A DNA stretch of 57,945 bases, from IMG/VR virus record IMGVR_UViG_3300006128_000010, one strand, 5' to 3'. The notes beneath the pieces are model-generated. The model searched no databases. It saw nothing but the letters and a program-made list of their open reading frames with translations, and was not told the DNA's origin. The first letter of the stretch is position 1. Each line of letters opens with the position of its first letter. Made by a program: the position numbers and the translations under genes. This DNA comes from an uncultured virus (IMG/VR IMGVR_UViG_3300006128_000010). Its lineage: Duplodnaviria > Heunggongvirae > Uroviricota > Caudoviricetes. Of the stretch, positions 28,175 to 38,024 are shown piece after piece.

Positions 28175-29960
28175 TTATATTGCCGAATTTTTAAAAAGTA
28201 AAAACGTTGACCTCGTATTTGCTATCACAGGATCTGGCAGTATCAGACTGATTGAAAGTGCTAATAATGCAGGTATACAATATGTGTGTCCCCATCACGA
28301 ACAAGCAGGTGTTATGGCTAGTCTGACTAGAATGAGAACCAACGGACATCCAGCAGTAATGATGGTTACAGGCGGTCCAGGTGCTAGTAATACTATAATA
28401 GGTATAGCTGATGCATACTTAGATTCACTACCACTTTTTATTATTGCTGGGCAAGAAAATACAGAATACGTAACACCTCCAAATGCAATGAGGGGTAAAG
28501 GTGTGCAAGGTTTAGATATGGTTAATATCACAAAAACCATAACTAAATTTGGAGAGTGCCTTATTAATCCTAAAGATATCAAACGTATATTAGAACAAGC
28601 ATATTACGAAGCATATTCAGGTCGTCCGGGACCAGTATGGATAGAAATTCCACAAAATATACAATGGGCGCAAGTAGATCCAGAAGAATTGGTAGGTTTT
28701 ACGCCACCCAACCACTCACAAACTGATATGAAAAAAGCTGCATTAAAGACTATTAAATTAATCAGGGAAGCAGAAAGACCATTACTATGGGTAGGACATG
28801 GTATTCGATTAGCAAGAGCAGAAAAACAATTTAGAAATGTATTAGATAAATTAGACATACCTGCACTAGTAACTTGGCAAGCAGCAGATCTTGTGCCAAA
28901 TGATCATCATTTATTTGCAGGTCGTGCAGGTACTTATGGACAACGATTTGGTAACTTAGCGATGCAAAACTGCGACCTACTAATAACTCTGGGGACCAGA
29001 CTTGCATTACCTCAAAGAGGTTATAAAGACGAATACTTTTCAAGAGCTAGTAAAAAAGTCATAGTTGAAATAGATCCAATAGAACTTGATAAGTTTAAAT
29101 TCAATATAGATGTTCCTGTATTAGGCAATGTTGCAGATTTTATCAATGCTCTTGATGCAGAACTAGAAACAAATCCGCTAGATAATTTAGAATTTGCCAA
29201 ATGGAAATCTACAATTAGCCGTTGGCAAAACAAGTATCCAATGGCAACACTACCCGAAAATCTAGATACAACAGGCATTAATAGTTATTGGTTTATAGAT
29301 CGTCTTAGTGAATATTTAGATAAAGATACTATTATTGTAACCGACATGGGAACTAGTTTAACCTGTACACATGCCGCTATACGTCTTAAGGACGGCCAGC
29401 GTATTATGACTAGTACTGGGCTAGGCGAAATGGGATTTGGATTACCGGGAGCAATTGGAGCTGCATTAGGCACATCAACAAAACAAGTTGTTCTCATTGT
29501 AGGAGAAGGCAGCTTGATGATGAACCTGCAAGAGTTTCAAACCGTAAAACATTTAGAATTAGATATAAAGATTTTCTTGCTCAACAACAATGGTTATCTA
29601 ACCATCAAACATACACATAATGCCTTGTACAAAAGTAATGGTGCAGCATCGGCATGCGGTGTAGAGTCAGGTGTCACCTTTCCTAATTTAGAACTTGTTA
29701 CTGGTGCGTTTGGATTTGATTTTACAAGAATATCATCTGCTAGAAGCTTAGATGCCTGGATAAAGTCAGTTTTACAGCATAAGGGAACTATTGTAGCCGA
29801 AGTAATAATGCCTGAATTTCAGGAGTTAATACCTAAAAGTGCTGTAAAGACTAGGGCAGATGGCACTGTATATAGTAGTCCTCTTGAGGATTTATATCCG
29901 TTCTTATCTGCTGAGGAATTAGCAAGTGAAATGTTAATACCATTGATTAAGGAAGATTAG
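28161..29960 (+). CDS. ThDP-dependent enzyme (YerE/acetolactate synthase-like)
   Basis: HHEQAG, TGGPGASN, SGRPGPVWIEIP, GLGEMGFGLPGAIGA, GEGSLMMNLQE, NNNGYLTI; located in a sugar cluster with rfbH. Confidence 0.88.
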   Translation: MKISDYIAEFLKSKNVDLVFAITGSGSIRLIESANNAGIQYVCPHHEQAGVMASLTRMRTNGHPAVMMVTGGPGASNTIIGIADAYLDSLPLFIIAGQENTEYVTPPNAMRGKGVQGLDMVNITKTITKFGECLINPKDIKRILEQAYYEAYSGRPGPVWIEIPQNIQWAQVDPEELVGFTPPNHSQTDMKKAALKTIKLIREAERPLLWVGHGIRLARAEKQFRNVLDKLDIPALVTWQAADLVPNDHHLFAGRAGTYGQRFGNLAMQNCDLLITLGTRLALPQRGYKDEYFSRASKKVIVEIDPIELDKFKFNIDVPVLGNVADFINALDAELETNPLDNLEFAKWKSTISRWQNKYPMATLPENLDTTGINSYWFIDRLSEYLDKDTIIVTDMGTSLTCTHAAIRLKDGQRIMTSTGLGEMGFGLPGAIGAALGTSTKQVVLIVGEGSLMMNLQEFQTVKHLELDIKIFLLNNNGYLTIKHTHNALYKSNGAASACGVESGVTFPNLELVTGAFGFDFTRISSARSLDAWIKSVLQHKGTIVAEVIMPEFQELIPKSAVKTRADGTVYSSPLEDLYPFLSAEELASEMLIPLIKED

Positions 29961-29962
29961 CA

Positions 29963-30685
29963 ATGACTGAGCTTGGATTATTTGTAAAATGTCCCCAACC
30001 GGAAATAATCGAGGCAATTGGTATTTCTGGATTCGATTTTGCGGTAATTGATATGGAGCATACTCCGTTAAGTCCTAGAGATTTATATACACTAGTGTTA
30101 GCAGCTGAATCAAGAAATTTGAAAACAGTTGTACGTATACCACAAAAAACTGAAAGCTATATCAAATGGTGCAGAGATCTAAATGTCACAGCAATACAAA
30201 TACCACATGTCGAAACACAGGAAGATGCGTTATATGCAATGAAACACAGTGAGTTTTCACCATTGGGCGAAAGGGGTTTATGTAGATTTGTCAGAGCAGC
30301 AGATTTTTCAAATATAGAGAAGGCTGTTTATATCGAGCAAGCTAATGCTACAAACAAACTGATTTTACAAATTGAGGGAACTAGAGCATTACCAAATTTA
30401 TCAAGCATATTAGAAGTATTAACTCCTAATGTTTCTATCTTTATAGGACCATATGATTTATCACAATCGCTAGGTAAGCCAGGACAAATATGGGATGACG
30501 AAGTAGTTAAAGCTATGGAAAATATTGTGGAAAGATGCTGTGATAAGAATATTCAAGTTGGTACATTTACTGACACTAGGGACGGTATTCAATTTTGGAA
30601 AAGGCGAGGATTATCTTTTATAGAATATGCATCTGACCTTCATTTGTTTATTAATGCAGCAAAACAGGTAGTGTCTGACTTATGA
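29963..30685 (+). CDS. HpcH/HpaI class II pyruvate aldolase
   Basis: DFAVIDMEH, VVRIP, PLGERG, QIE, FIGPYDLSQSLG. Confidence 0.88.
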   Translation: MTELGLFVKCPQPEIIEAIGISGFDFAVIDMEHTPLSPRDLYTLVLAAESRNLKTVVRIPQKTESYIKWCRDLNVTAIQIPHVETQEDALYAMKHSEFSPLGERGLCRFVRAADFSNIEKAVYIEQANATNKLILQIEGTRALPNLSSILEVLTPNVSIFIGPYDLSQSLGKPGQIWDDEVVKAMENIVERCCDKNIQVGTFTDTRDGIQFWKRRGLSFIEYASDLHLFINAAKQVVSDL

Positions 30686-31632
30686 AAACAATTTTAATCA
30701 CAGGTGCTACAGGATTTATTGGTCATTTTCTAGCCTACGAGTTTATCAAAGACCATCATGTAATATGCATATCTAGACCCGGTAGTAATAATTTAATCAG
30801 GTTAGAGGAAATTAAAGATTCTATAGAAATTGTTGAACATGATATTAATCAAAGTTATGATAGTATTTTTGATAGATTAAAAGACGTTAATATTATACTT
30901 CATGCAGGTGGCAATCCCAGCTCAGAAGCCAGTATTAATGATCCTGTATCTGTAATCAAAGATAATGTTATAGGCACTGCACATGTATTAGAGTTAGCAA
31001 GAAAACTGCCCATAGAAAGAGTATTTTATTACAGTGCTGGAGAAATATTTGGTCCAATCGCCGAGGGTACACATTCCAGCGAAGACGATGCTTATCGAAG
31101 TCCCAGTCCGTATGCAGCAAGTAAAGCAGGCGGGGAAGAAGTGTGTGTAGCATATGCTAATACGTTTAAAATTCCAATTAGTATAACTCATATTACTAAT
31201 ACATTTGGTCAACGATCACAGTGTAACCGGTTACCTGTTATAGCTATTAAAAAGATACTAGCCGGAGAAACTATAGATATTCACGCAAATGGTGATACAA
31301 TTGGCGGTAGAAGATGGTTTCATGCTGCTGACGTAGCTCTACAAACAAGATTTATATTAGACAATCAAAAAAATATTTGTGAAAAATGGAATAGTGTAGG
31401 TAATAAGTTTGTAAATAACTTAGATTTTGTTCAAATGATTGCAGATATAATTGGACTCAAATTAAAATATAATTTGGTATCAGTACCCAGACTAGGACAA
31501 TCTCCGTATTATTCTATGAGCTTATCTAAACTACAAAATGCTGGTTGGGTAGAACCCAAGAATTTAGAAGATCGTTTACGTGAAACTATAAAGTGGTATC
31601 AAAATAATCAAGATTGGTTAAACAGGAAATAA
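30682..31632 (+). CDS. NAD-dependent epimerase/dehydratase/reductase (extended SDR)
   Basis: ITGATGFIG, SPYAASK, NTFGQR. Confidence 0.85.
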   Translation: MKTILITGATGFIGHFLAYEFIKDHHVICISRPGSNNLIRLEEIKDSIEIVEHDINQSYDSIFDRLKDVNIILHAGGNPSSEASINDPVSVIKDNVIGTAHVLELARKLPIERVFYYSAGEIFGPIAEGTHSSEDDAYRSPSPYAASKAGGEEVCVAYANTFKIPISITHITNTFGQRSQCNRLPVIAIKKILAGETIDIHANGDTIGGRRWFHAADVALQTRFILDNQKNICEKWNSVGNKFVNNLDFVQMIADIIGLKLKYNLVSVPRLGQSPYYSMSLSKLQNAGWVEPKNLEDRLRETIKWYQNNQDWLNRK

Positions 31633-31633
31633 A

Positions 31634-32584
31634 ATGACAAAAAAAGTGGTGTATATAACAGGTTGTTTAGGTTTTATAGGAGCATATGTTACTCGTGCAT
31701 GTTTACTACGGGGATGGTATGTGATGGGAATTGATTCTGAAACCTACGCAGCAGATGTTAATTTATTAAATGAGTTTAATCAATACGAAAACTTTGCATA
31801 TCAAAATAAAAACATCAATGATTTAAACATGTTATACGATTGCGATTACATTATTAATATGGCAGCAGAAACACATGTTGATAATAGTATTGTTAATAAT
31901 TCTGAATTTATCCGTAGTAATATAGACGGTGTTCATAACTTATTAAGACTAATACAGACCAAAAGTAGATTCAAAATGCCAACGTTGGTGCATTTTAGTA
32001 CTGATGAAGTCTACGGTGACATCGAAACTGGTAGTCATAGTGAAAAAGATCTAATGAAACCCAGTAATCCATACTCTGCTACCAAAGCCAGTGCAGATAT
32101 GTTAATTACAGCATGGGGTAGAACCCATAAGGTTCCTTATATAATTCTACGACCAACTAATAATTATGGTATAGGACAATACCCAGAAAAATTTATACCT
32201 AAAACTTGTAAACATCTTATGCTAGGCAAAAAAGTAACCATGCACGAACAAGGAAAACCTCGTAGAACTTGGCTACATGTAGAAGACACAGCTGATGCAA
32301 CTATTTTCTTGTTAGAACACGGAGAAATTAACAATGTTTATAATATATCTGGCAACTACGAAGACAGCAATCTCAATGTATTTAAAAAAATATTAAGTAC
32401 AGCAGGACTAGATGCAGAAAAATATGAAGATTATGCAGATTTTTCCTGGTCTAGAGCAGGGCAAGATGTACGTTATAGTATAGATGATAGTAAACTAAAG
32501 AACTTAGGATGGAATAATAAAAAATACTTCGACAACGAATTACCAATCATCGTCGAAGCTAGTATGAAAAAATTTGTTTGGTAA
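31634..32584 (+). CDS. rfbB: dTDP-glucose 4,6-dehydratase-like protein
   Basis: TGCLGFIG, AAETHVDNSI, STDEVYG, PSNPYSATKA, NNYG..QYPEK.IP, R.WLHVED, RAGQDVRY. Confidence 0.85.
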   Translation: MTKKVVYITGCLGFIGAYVTRACLLRGWYVMGIDSETYAADVNLLNEFNQYENFAYQNKNINDLNMLYDCDYIINMAAETHVDNSIVNNSEFIRSNIDGVHNLLRLIQTKSRFKMPTLVHFSTDEVYGDIETGSHSEKDLMKPSNPYSATKASADMLITAWGRTHKVPYIILRPTNNYGIGQYPEKFIPKTCKHLMLGKKVTMHEQGKPRRTWLHVEDTADATIFLLEHGEINNVYNISGNYEDSNLNVFKKILSTAGLDAEKYEDYADFSWSRAGQDVRYSIDDSKLKNLGWNNKKYFDNELPIIVEASMKKFVW

Positions 32585-32596
32585 TCGGAGAAGTAG

Positions 32597-33745
32597 ATGT
32601 CCATTGACCGCTGTAGTGTAATAAAATATCCCACAAGCTGGGGATTCAGACGTGAGCCAAGCAGGCCAGTAGAATTAAGATTAGATGATCGTCACACAGG
32701 TGCATCATTTGATGAGATGTTTGATTGGGATAATATATGGCACGACGCATTTCAAATTAATCCAAATATAATAATATTAATCGGGCCACCTCTACTTAAT
32801 ACACGAGAGTATATTGAAAAAAATTGTGCATTTGTATCAGATAGCGGTGAAATACTCAAAGCTAAATGTATAGATATGGATAGAGTTGGATATACAATAA
32901 TACAGGTATCTGGATGGAAAAACGAGTTAACCATGCATCCGGGTGCGGTTACTATAAAAATTTCAAAATATGATTCTATTTTTACAGACCAACATACTAT
33001 AATAACCGGGCAAAAAGACAATCCAATCAGTTGGATCCGTGGTTGGATTTCATATCATAGAGATATACACTGTATCAAACACTTTCTTATCTATAACAAT
33101 AACAGTACAATTTATAGTATAGAACAACTTGACGAGTCGCTAACAGATTTAGGTGTTACAGTTAAACTTGTAGAGTGGGATGTTCCGCACGGACCGTTTG
33201 GTGTGGATTTTGGTGGCGGTAATTGGGTGTGGGATAGTGATTTTAGCTACCCAACAATGCTAGAACATGCAAAAAGAAAATATCTAACAGGTGCGAGATC
33301 AGCAAGCAATCTTTTTCCAGATGAGTTATTATTACTTAAAGACGGTAACTTAGACAATATAGTAGATTGCATGTTACAAGAAGGTGTAGCTGGTTATAGA
33401 TTTAACGGCCCGTGGATAGAACCTTATGACATAGTAAACAATATTTCAGCAGATAAAATACCATTCAAAGACAGAAAATATATTGATTATTATTGTACAG
33501 ATAGTAATAACCTTCAATCATTAGTAACAAAATATATTGTAATACCGAGACTAGCTATGGACGGCCAATGGGGTCCTCATAGTGTTAATGCACCTATGAG
33601 ACATAATAATGATATATCTTATGGTCATTTTTTAGCAATGAATACCAACTGGAGTTGGAAAAGAGACGAATATACCAGAGATCCTATTAATTTAAAAGTG
33701 TTAGAAACTCTTAAAAGTAATTTAAGCAAAGTGAATTGGCAGTAA
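32597..33745 (+). CDS. GT92/GT2_4-like glycosyltransferase, paralog 1
   Basis: KDNPISWIRGWISYH..IKHFLIYNNNST; alignable over its length with the next gene. Confidence 0.65.
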   Translation: MSIDRCSVIKYPTSWGFRREPSRPVELRLDDRHTGASFDEMFDWDNIWHDAFQINPNIIILIGPPLLNTREYIEKNCAFVSDSGEILKAKCIDMDRVGYTIIQVSGWKNELTMHPGAVTIKISKYDSIFTDQHTIITGQKDNPISWIRGWISYHRDIHCIKHFLIYNNNSTIYSIEQLDESLTDLGVTVKLVEWDVPHGPFGVDFGGGNWVWDSDFSYPTMLEHAKRKYLTGARSASNLFPDELLLLKDGNLDNIVDCMLQEGVAGYRFNGPWIEPYDIVNNISADKIPFKDRKYIDYYCTDSNNLQSLVTKYIVIPRLAMDGQWGPHSVNAPMRHNNDISYGHFLAMNTNWSWKRDEYTRDPINLKVLETLKSNLSKVNWQ

Positions 33746-33746
33746 C

Positions 33747-34880
33747 ATGGCTGATAAATGCAACATTATAAAGTACCCAAAAATTTGGGGATTTAAAAGA
33801 GAACCCAGTAGACCTGTTGAATTACGTAAGGATTATTTTAATGGAATGAAATTTAATGAAAATTTTGACTGGGATAACTTATGGTACGATGCAGTACAAA
33901 TTACCAACAACTATATATTTCTGGTCGGACCATGCTTGTATAATACCAAAGATCATATTATAGGTAATTGCAAATTTACAACCAATGACGGGGTTGATAT
34001 AAAAATCTTAACTTGTATAGACTTAGAAAGAACTAGTATTACTGTTTTAGAACTTTTTGAGCCAGTAGATACAGTTATATTACAACCTAGCAATACATCT
34101 ATAGCTGTAAACAAATATGATAATACTTTTGAAAATCATAAAGTTATAGTAACACTACAAAAGGACAATCCCATATCTTGGATAAGAGAGTGGATTGCAT
34201 ACCATAAAGCCAATGTCAGCATAAACGGAGTTTTGATATATGATAATGCTAGCACTGATTATACAGCTAGTGAACTAGAAAAAGAGTTAGCAAACACTGG
34301 TGTTAAAGTTAAAGTGGTAGAGTGGAATGTTCCTTATGGTCCTCAGGGTTTTGACTGTGATACATATAATACATTCGATAGTGATTATGCTCAGCATACC
34401 ATGTTTGAACATGCTAAACGTCGTTACCTGACTAATGCTAAACTTGTAGTAAATGCAGATATTGATGAATTGTTAGTGATCAAGAATGGAAACTTAGACA
34501 CAGTCTTTGATAATCTTGTAGTAGAAAATCTAGCAGGATACTTTTATAAAGCCAACTGGATTGAACCTTACGATCTTTTAAATAAAAAACCTGCTGCATC
34601 TATTGCTGCAAAAAATCGTACCTACAAGCATTATTGTTGTGTTGACACATCAAATACCATAGACGCTGGACAAAAATGGATGATGATTCCCGGTAGAGGT
34701 TTGTCATCACAATGGGGTACACACGAGTCAAATGCACCGATGCGACGTAATGACGATATCTATTACGGACATTACAAGCCGATTAATACAGCCTGGAGTA
34801 GAAATCGAGACGACTATAATACTAATTTAGAATTTTTAAAAGTAGATTATAGATTACTTGCAAACTTATTTAATTATTAG
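33747..34880 (+). CDS. GT92/GT2_4-like glycosyltransferase, paralog 2
   Basis: WIREWIAYH, LIYDNASTD, NADIDEL (DxD). Confidence 0.7.
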   Translation: MADKCNIIKYPKIWGFKREPSRPVELRKDYFNGMKFNENFDWDNLWYDAVQITNNYIFLVGPCLYNTKDHIIGNCKFTTNDGVDIKILTCIDLERTSITVLELFEPVDTVILQPSNTSIAVNKYDNTFENHKVIVTLQKDNPISWIREWIAYHKANVSINGVLIYDNASTDYTASELEKELANTGVKVKVVEWNVPYGPQGFDCDTYNTFDSDYAQHTMFEHAKRRYLTNAKLVVNADIDELLVIKNGNLDTVFDNLVVENLAGYFYKANWIEPYDLLNKKPAASIAAKNRTYKHYCCVDTSNTIDAGQKWMMIPGRGLSSQWGTHESNAPMRRNDDIYYGHYKPINTAWSRNRDDYNTNLEFLKVDYRLLANLFNY

Positions 34881-34887
34881 GACTACT

Positions 34888-35511
34888 ATGAAAATATTTT
34901 ATGATCTAGGAACACATTTATTTGAAGGTTTATCTGAATTTAATAAATTCTATAACTTTGATAATACATGGAAAATATATTGTTTTGAAGCTAATCCTTA
35001 TACATATAAAATTGCTCAACAAAAATTAGAATCTGATGAGTGGTTGAAGAGTTTAGATATAGAATTTATCAATGCTGCTGTGAGCGATCAAGAAGGAACA
35101 ACTACTATTGATTGTTACTACGATGCCGATGCACAGGACTATATAGATGTCGGATCAAATAACTTTGATTTAAAAGATGGGTACTTTACTGGTATATGGC
35201 CAGAAATGTATGAGAAAATGGGTGAAAAATACTGTTCTACTGTCGAAGTTCCGACCGTATGCTTTAGTGAGTTTATTGACAAAAGAACCAAGTATTATGA
35301 TGAAGTTGTAATTAAAATGGATATAGAAGGCAGCGAATTTGCTACATTAACTAAGATGTTGGAGAATAATACTCATACGCTTGCAAAACAAATGTTTATA
35401 GAATGGCATGAAAGATTCTGGCCAGAAGAACTTGAAAAGTATACCAATTGGAAAAATAATATTATGCATAAATTAGTTACTGATAGAGTGGACGCAAAGA
35501 TTTGGTGGTAA
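34888..35511 (+). CDS. FkbM family methyltransferase
   Basis: FYDLGTH, YCFEANP, NAAV, IKMDIEGSE, IEWH. Confidence 0.85.
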   Translation: MKIFYDLGTHLFEGLSEFNKFYNFDNTWKIYCFEANPYTYKIAQQKLESDEWLKSLDIEFINAAVSDQEGTTTIDCYYDADAQDYIDVGSNNFDLKDGYFTGIWPEMYEKMGEKYCSTVEVPTVCFSEFIDKRTKYYDEVVIKMDIEGSEFATLTKMLENNTHTLAKQMFIEWHERFWPEELEKYTNWKNNIMHKLVTDRVDAKIWW

Positions 35512-35514
35512 ACA

Positions 35515-36519
35515 ATGGCAAAACTATTATTTGTAGTGCATAGATATTATCCGTTTCCGGGTGGTAGTGAATATTTTGTACAGGCAATGGCCGAAGAGGC
35601 GTTAAGCAGAGGTCATCAGGTTGCTGTTCTTGCCGGAGAACATATGGGCAATCAAAACGGTGTTACTTTGACAAATGAAGCAAATATATTATTGGAACCC
35701 TGGGACTTGATCATAGTACACGGTGCAGATGTAAACGTTCAAAACTTTGTATTGGGCAATGCTGGAAGTATACCTAATCCCATGTTATACATGATAATAC
35801 TTCCTTCTTATAGTCCAGCAAGTTTACAAGCAATAAACAGTTGCAAATATGTAGGGTGGAGCACATTAGAAGATCTTGAGTGTTTGAAAAGAAGCAGTGC
35901 CGAAGGTAAAGGTGTTAATATCAGACACGGTATTAAACACCATGATAGTATTGGCAAACCGGGCTTCAAGGCCAAGTATAATATACAAGGACCAATGTTC
36001 TTGTCCTGCGGCGGATACTGGCATAATAAAGCTATGAAAGAATTAACAGAGGTATTCAAAAAAGCCAATATAAAAGATGCAGTACTAGTAACTACTGGCT
36101 ATGATAATCGTAGCAATCTAATGCCAGCTGCATCACCGGGAATTATACCATTAATGATAGAAGATAAAGCAGATGTAATGAGTGCTATTTCTGAAGCTGA
36201 CTGTTATGTTATGCATAGTTACAAGGAAGGTTTTGGTTTGGTATTGCTAGAAAGTATGTTGAATTCTACTCCGTGGATTGCTAGATATGGATCTGGTGCA
36301 GCATTACTCAAAGACTGGGGTAAGACCTATACAACAGATGACGAATTAATTGAACTGCTAAGAAACTTTGATAAATCACAGTTCGATCTAGATGGTGCTT
36401 ACAAGTATGTTTTAGAGAATCATCTAATATCTAATACGATTGATGATATAGAAAAGGTTGCTAAGCATGCTATAGAAAATAAGTCAAAATCTCAAGAAAA
36501 ACCACCGTTACCTTTTTAG
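35515..36519 (+). CDS. GT4 (GT-B) glycosyltransferase
   Basis: YYPFPGGSE, RGHQVAV, EGFGLVLLESM. Confidence 0.85.
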   Translation: MAKLLFVVHRYYPFPGGSEYFVQAMAEEALSRGHQVAVLAGEHMGNQNGVTLTNEANILLEPWDLIIVHGADVNVQNFVLGNAGSIPNPMLYMIILPSYSPASLQAINSCKYVGWSTLEDLECLKRSSAEGKGVNIRHGIKHHDSIGKPGFKAKYNIQGPMFLSCGGYWHNKAMKELTEVFKKANIKDAVLVTTGYDNRSNLMPAASPGIIPLMIEDKADVMSAISEADCYVMHSYKEGFGLVLLESMLNSTPWIARYGSGAALLKDWGKTYTTDDELIELLRNFDKSQFDLDGAYKYVLENHLISNTIDDIEKVAKHAIENKSKSQEKPPLPF

Positions 36520-36528
36520 GTTTTATCT

Positions 36529-37944
36529 TTATTTTTCATCAGCAACCTCGGCCATTATGTCTAGTAGATCACCACCCTCTATTATAGTTCTAACGGTGTT
36601 TCCGACTTTACTATGATAACTTCTACATTTCATGAGCAGAATTTTTTTATTGTTATAGATTCCATATATTGCAACACCTTTAGAACCGGGTACTGCTATA
36701 AGATTTATTTGTTTAAGGGCATCATATAATCTTTCATCAACTTTTAAAAGTTTATAACCGGGGCTACCAGGAACTGCAATGAGCTTAACAATGTCAACAT
36801 CACCTGCTGTTGCTGTATTACTATACTTAATTAATCCATTTGCTAGTTGTTTTACAATTGGTAATTCTTTTTGTGCGTTATCACCAGCTAAAGCTCTTAC
36901 AATTTTAGGATTAATTTTATTCCAAATTGCTTGAAGAACTTTATCGTGTTCTTTATGTGTTTCTCCCCATGATGTTTTAAAAGAACTCACATTTTCGTTA
37001 AAAACAGTTTTAAAGAATAACCTTTGTTTATCAAAATTGTGCCCGCTTGCCTGTCCTAATTGGCTTCTACCAACTTTTGCGCTAACAATGTTAATTGGTG
37101 TTCCGTCAATATTCATTATTACATCTGCTTTAGTACCTTTTTGATCACTAACCCCGTCGCATGATATTTTGATAAAATTGGTTTTTTTATTTTTGCTAAT
37201 ACTAGCTATACCATTAGTAACTTTAACGTTATCGTTAGCATACATAATAGCACCGTTAAATGTAGCTTGTATTATTTGTTCTTCAATCTTACCAGTTGCT
37301 TTTATATTGTTTAAAATATAATCCATGCTTCTTCTTGGTAAAACTGAATTTAAAGAAATTTCGTCAACTTTGCCTTTTGGCCAGGTAATTTTACTGCTCA
37401 CATCGGCAATACCAGATGACCCAGTTTTACTATAACCAAATTTTAATTTTTTAATAATACGAACAACATCAGCAATACTAACTGTTTCGCCATTTTTAAT
37501 AAATCTTGTATATACAGCTATTGCAATGGCAAATTCTCCAATATCTCCAAGATTATAATCTACATCTTTTCCTTTGATATCAGCAGTTTTTTCTAATGCA
37601 CCAGTTGGAATATTTTGTCCAGATGTGGTTTTTAACGTAATCATTCTCAATGGTTCAGGCGGAATAATGTTGCCACCAGTTGATATTTTTACTTTTTTAG
37701 GATCACCATTTAGATAAAATAATTTTTTTAAAACTTTAGCTTGCGACGGATCAAATGTCACAGTTTTACCATAAGTTGACTGATATTTTCCCACAATCGG
37801 AAACTCGCCGCCGTTCATTATTTTATCTATTACATTTATAAGATATTGACCGTTATGTCTAACTAAATGACTTGCTGTTAATGCAACTTCATTTAAATTT
37901 TCTGTATTTTTGTTGTTTTTTGATAAAATTTCATTAATTTTCAT
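36529..37944 (-). CDS. Hypothetical late protein, possible PD-(D/E)XK-like nuclease with a head-protein-type N-terminus
   Basis: MKINEIL...NLNE N-terminus; GDIGEF...TKADV.....IVSAK. AATAAATA box at 37982-37975. Confidence 0.5.
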   Translation of the reverse strand: MKINEILSKNNKNTENLNEVALTASHLVRHNGQYLINVIDKIMNGGEFPIVGKYQSTYGKTVTFDPSQAKVLKKLFYLNGDPKKVKISTGGNIIPPEPLRMITLKTTSGQNIPTGALEKTADIKGKDVDYNLGDIGEFAIAIAVYTRFIKNGETVSIADVVRIIKKLKFGYSKTGSSGIADVSSKITWPKGKVDEISLNSVLPRRSMDYILNNIKATGKIEEQIIQATFNGAIMYANDNVKVTNGIASISKNKKTNFIKISCDGVSDQKGTKADVIMNIDGTPINIVSAKVGRSQLGQASGHNFDKQRLFFKTVFNENVSSFKTSWGETHKEHDKVLQAIWNKINPKIVRALAGDNAQKELPIVKQLANGLIKYSNTATAGDVDIVKLIAVPGSPGYKLLKVDERLYDALKQINLIAVPGSKGVAIYGIYNNKKILLMKCRSYHSKVGNTVRTIIEGGDLLDIMAEVADEK

Positions 37945-38024
37945 TTAATTGTCCAAACTCTCTAAGTCTAGAAATATTTATTAAATTTATATTATTAATT
38001 AGTAGTCTAACGTGTGCTAAAACG

